A DNA stretch of 64,000 nt from Spirochaetia bacterium (GTDB taxonomy: Bacteria; Spirochaetota; Spirochaetia; SZUA-6; Bin103), in contig CBDAOI010000004.1 of the NCBI GenBank assembly GCA_965198005.1, positions 832,001 to 896,000 of the forward strand, read 5' to 3'. The translations under genes and the position numbers were made by a program. The notes under the pieces were generated by a model, which was not told the DNA's origin, searched no databases, and worked only from the letters and a program-made list of their open reading frames with translations. Position 1 is the stretch's first letter; the number at the start of each line of letters is the position of its first letter. Positions 61,768 to 64,000 of the stretch are shown here, one piece after another.

Positions 61768-62519
61768 TGGCGCACACGACCACCTGTGAGTTGAGGGTCG
61801 AGAACGGCAACTGGGGTGGCACGAGCCTCAGAACGATAACTGCGGTGCTGACCTCCGCAGCCGACGTCCTGCTCCATGCGTTTGGAAGGTCGCCAGATGC
61901 TCCGATCCAGGTCGCCTGGTGGAGTCAGGATCCTCGGGTGTTTGATGATCGCCGGCCATACCAGATCCGGCTGAACGCTCGCGACAGGTACTGGTGTCAG
62001 TTCGTCTACCAGTTTTGCCATGAGCTCTGTCACGTGATGATCAACTTCGACCGCTACCCGGGCCACAAACACCGCTGGTTCGATGAGAGCCTCTGCGAGC
62101 TGGCGTCGCTCTTCGTGTTGCATCGACTGGCGGCTAGCTGGACCGCCGAGCCGCCCCCGAACGTCACCGGGGCGGCCGCTTTCGCACCGCATCACCGAGC
62201 CTACGCCGAGTACCTCGCGCACCAGTACCCGCGGCCCCGCCAGGACGAGTTTCCGTGCTGGTTAACTGACAACGTCGCCACGCTCCAGAGCAACCGCTAT
62301 GCGCGAACACTCACCGGCACCGTGGCCGTCATCCTGCTGGACAGGTTTCTCGCCGATCCCGCCCTGTGGCGGGAGTGCGGCCACCTGAACGCCTGGGACC
62401 CCCACACCGATCCGACGTTCCGGGACTACCTCCACTCTTGGGACGCGCATCTGCGCGAGTACGGCCCCCGCAGCAGGTTGCCGTCCGTTATCGCCGACCT
62501 GTTCAAGCTCAACCCGTAA
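61764..62519 (+). CDS. Hypothetical HEXXH zinc-metallopeptidase-like protein
   Basis: YQFCHELCH..WFDESLCE; the ATGA overlaps the ATPase stop. Confidence 0.7.
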   Translation: MMAHTTTCELRVENGNWGGTSLRTITAVLTSAADVLLHAFGRSPDAPIQVAWWSQDPRVFDDRRPYQIRLNARDRYWCQFVYQFCHELCHVMINFDRYPGHKHRWFDESLCELASLFVLHRLAASWTAEPPPNVTGAAAFAPHHRAYAEYLAHQYPRPRQDEFPCWLTDNVATLQSNRYARTLTGTVAVILLDRFLADPALWRECGHLNAWDPHTDPTFRDYLHSWDAHLREYGPRSRLPSVIADLFKLNP

Positions 62520-62808
62520 TTGCGCAACCGGCGCAACGGGGCCGACGCGCCCACCGATGAACGCATCGACGTGATGCTCGTAGCCCGCCATCTCAGGTGG
62601 CGTATACTGTGGACCGACTTCCATGGACAACCGCATGATCATGACCGAGCACGCCGGCCTCACCTTCATGTATCGGGTCGGCGGGATCAGTCCTCCGGGA
62701 GAGGTCTTGGTGCTCGGCTCCCCGTTGACGCGCGCGACCAGCGTCAAGAAGCCGGTGGGAAACATGCGTACGGGGTAGGCGCCGGCTGAGGCGGTCGGCC
62801 CGGGCAGC

Positions 62809-63390
62809 TCAGGAAGTACCGATCGACAGGAGATTGACCAGGGGCTCGTACAGCTCCTCGAGATAGTCGACGTCGTCCTGCTCCAGGGTGAGCTCGGTCC
62901 CGGCGATCAGATCTTCGATCTGCCCGGCCTGCGAGGCGCCGACGATGGGAGCGGTGATGCCCGGCTTGCTCAGCAGCCAGGCAATGCAGATCTGGGCGCG
63001 CGAGGTGCCGTACTTGGCTGCTACTTCCGCTACCCGCTCGGCAATCTTAAAATCCCGCTGGCCGCGGTACAGTCCTGCGGTGCGCAGCCGGTCCCGTCCT
63101 TGGGAGCGAGGGGTCGAACCCTGATCGAATCCGCCCCGATAGGAGCCGGGCAGCACGCCCCGCGCCAGCGGCGACCAGGGAGTGAGCGCGACCTTCGTCC
63201 AACCGTGCAGCTGCGCGGTGAGCTGCAGCTCCGCGAACTGCCAGGCGAACATGGTTGACCCGCCCAGGTAGAGCACCTTGCCCGCCCGCACCATGTCGTG
63301 CAGCGCCTCCAGGGTCTCTTTGATCGGGACTGCGACGTGGCCCGCTACCCCGTGCGGATGGCGGTGGATCACCAGCACGTCAATGTAGTC
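62809..63390 (-). pseudogene. Aldo/keto reductase remnant
   Basis: DYID..HR, GKVLYLG, PWSPLARG, AQ..IAW and PIVGAS motifs. The N-terminus and an internal segment are missing. Confidence 0.8.
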
Positions 63391-63502
63391 GTGGCCCGCG
63401 GTCTGGGCTTTGGTCAAGCCGCGCGTATTCGCCGCCTACGTGGGCACCGCGCTGGCCGGCGCAGTGACCGCCGGCGTCGCCTGGAACCTGATCGCCCGGT
63501 GA

Positions 63503-63690
63503 TCAGGCCAGCAGCTCGCGCACGTCGGTCACGGCACCGGTGACGGCGGCGGCGGCCACCATCGCCGGGCTCATCAGCAGGGTGCGGCCGGTGGGCGACC
63601 CCTGGCGGCCGATGAAGTTGCGGTTGGACGAGGAGGCGCTCACCTGCTCGCCCACCAGCTTGTCCGGGTTCATCGCCAGGCACATCGAGC
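63503..63690 (-). repeat. leuC: Second, diverged copy of the leuC 3' end
   Basis: [50 protein letters not shown] matches 42352-42540 with mostly silent changes. Confidence 0.93.
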
Positions 63691-64000
63691 AGCTACAGTT
63701 GTCACTATCGCCTCGAAGATGCCGCCCAATGGCACCATATCAGCAACGAACTTGCTCCGAGGAGCCGATGGTCAGAGCTGCTCGACAGCCCGCACCTGCG
63801 TAGCCTCACTATGGAGAGCCGGCGGCAGGCAGGTCCCAAGGGACACCTGCAAATCAGGGTAGAACCGTCGGCACGTATCGAAAACGGCATATGTTCACTA
63901 CCATGTCCCGGTGCCGGGGCCACACACTAGTGTTCGCACGTTGCAGGCGTGGGAGGGCGTCGTGACGGCGGTCGCGGAAGAGTCATTCGCCGTCAAGCTG

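Noticed and set aside
62520-62800. Minus-strand ORF fragment 62262-62765
   Set aside because: It overlaps the peptidase gene and has no identifiable motif.
1-64000. tRNA, rRNA, integrase or prophage genes
   Set aside because: None were recognised by eye; a covariance-model search was not possible.

Overview
GC-rich bacterial DNA with a mosaic layout; the lineage is possibly a spirochaete-like symbiont, an inference from the tro operon and operator and the helicase C-terminus. The housekeeping backbone contains branched-chain amino acid genes (ilvBN, ilvD, leuC, leuD), folD/fchA, a DEAD-box helicase, xdhCAB plus an 8-oxoguanine-type deaminase, acpS plus an acyl-ligase/ACP/acyltransferase fusion, three metal ABC systems (tro-like intact, znuABC degraded, a third intact) and a lower-GC peptide ABC block at the left end. 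The backbone is repeatedly interrupted by small lower-GC accessory blocks: toxin-antitoxin pairs, AAA-ATPase two-gene modules, Fic, McrBC, IS remnants and an HNH endonuclease. Three features stand out. (1) Accessory blocks sit between or beside diverged duplicate copies of neighbouring host-gene segments (acpS/aas, znuB, ilvD, xdhB, a metal SBP, leuC), and no integrase is visible in the window. (2) A leaderless DUF222-like/HNH gene carries an in-frame array of seven 16-bp palindromic cores. (3) Many accessory genes have collapsed through internal deletions, often losing the toxin and keeping the antitoxin. All family calls come from motif recognition by eye; no searches were run. Some frameshifts and duplications could be assembly or sequencing artefacts.
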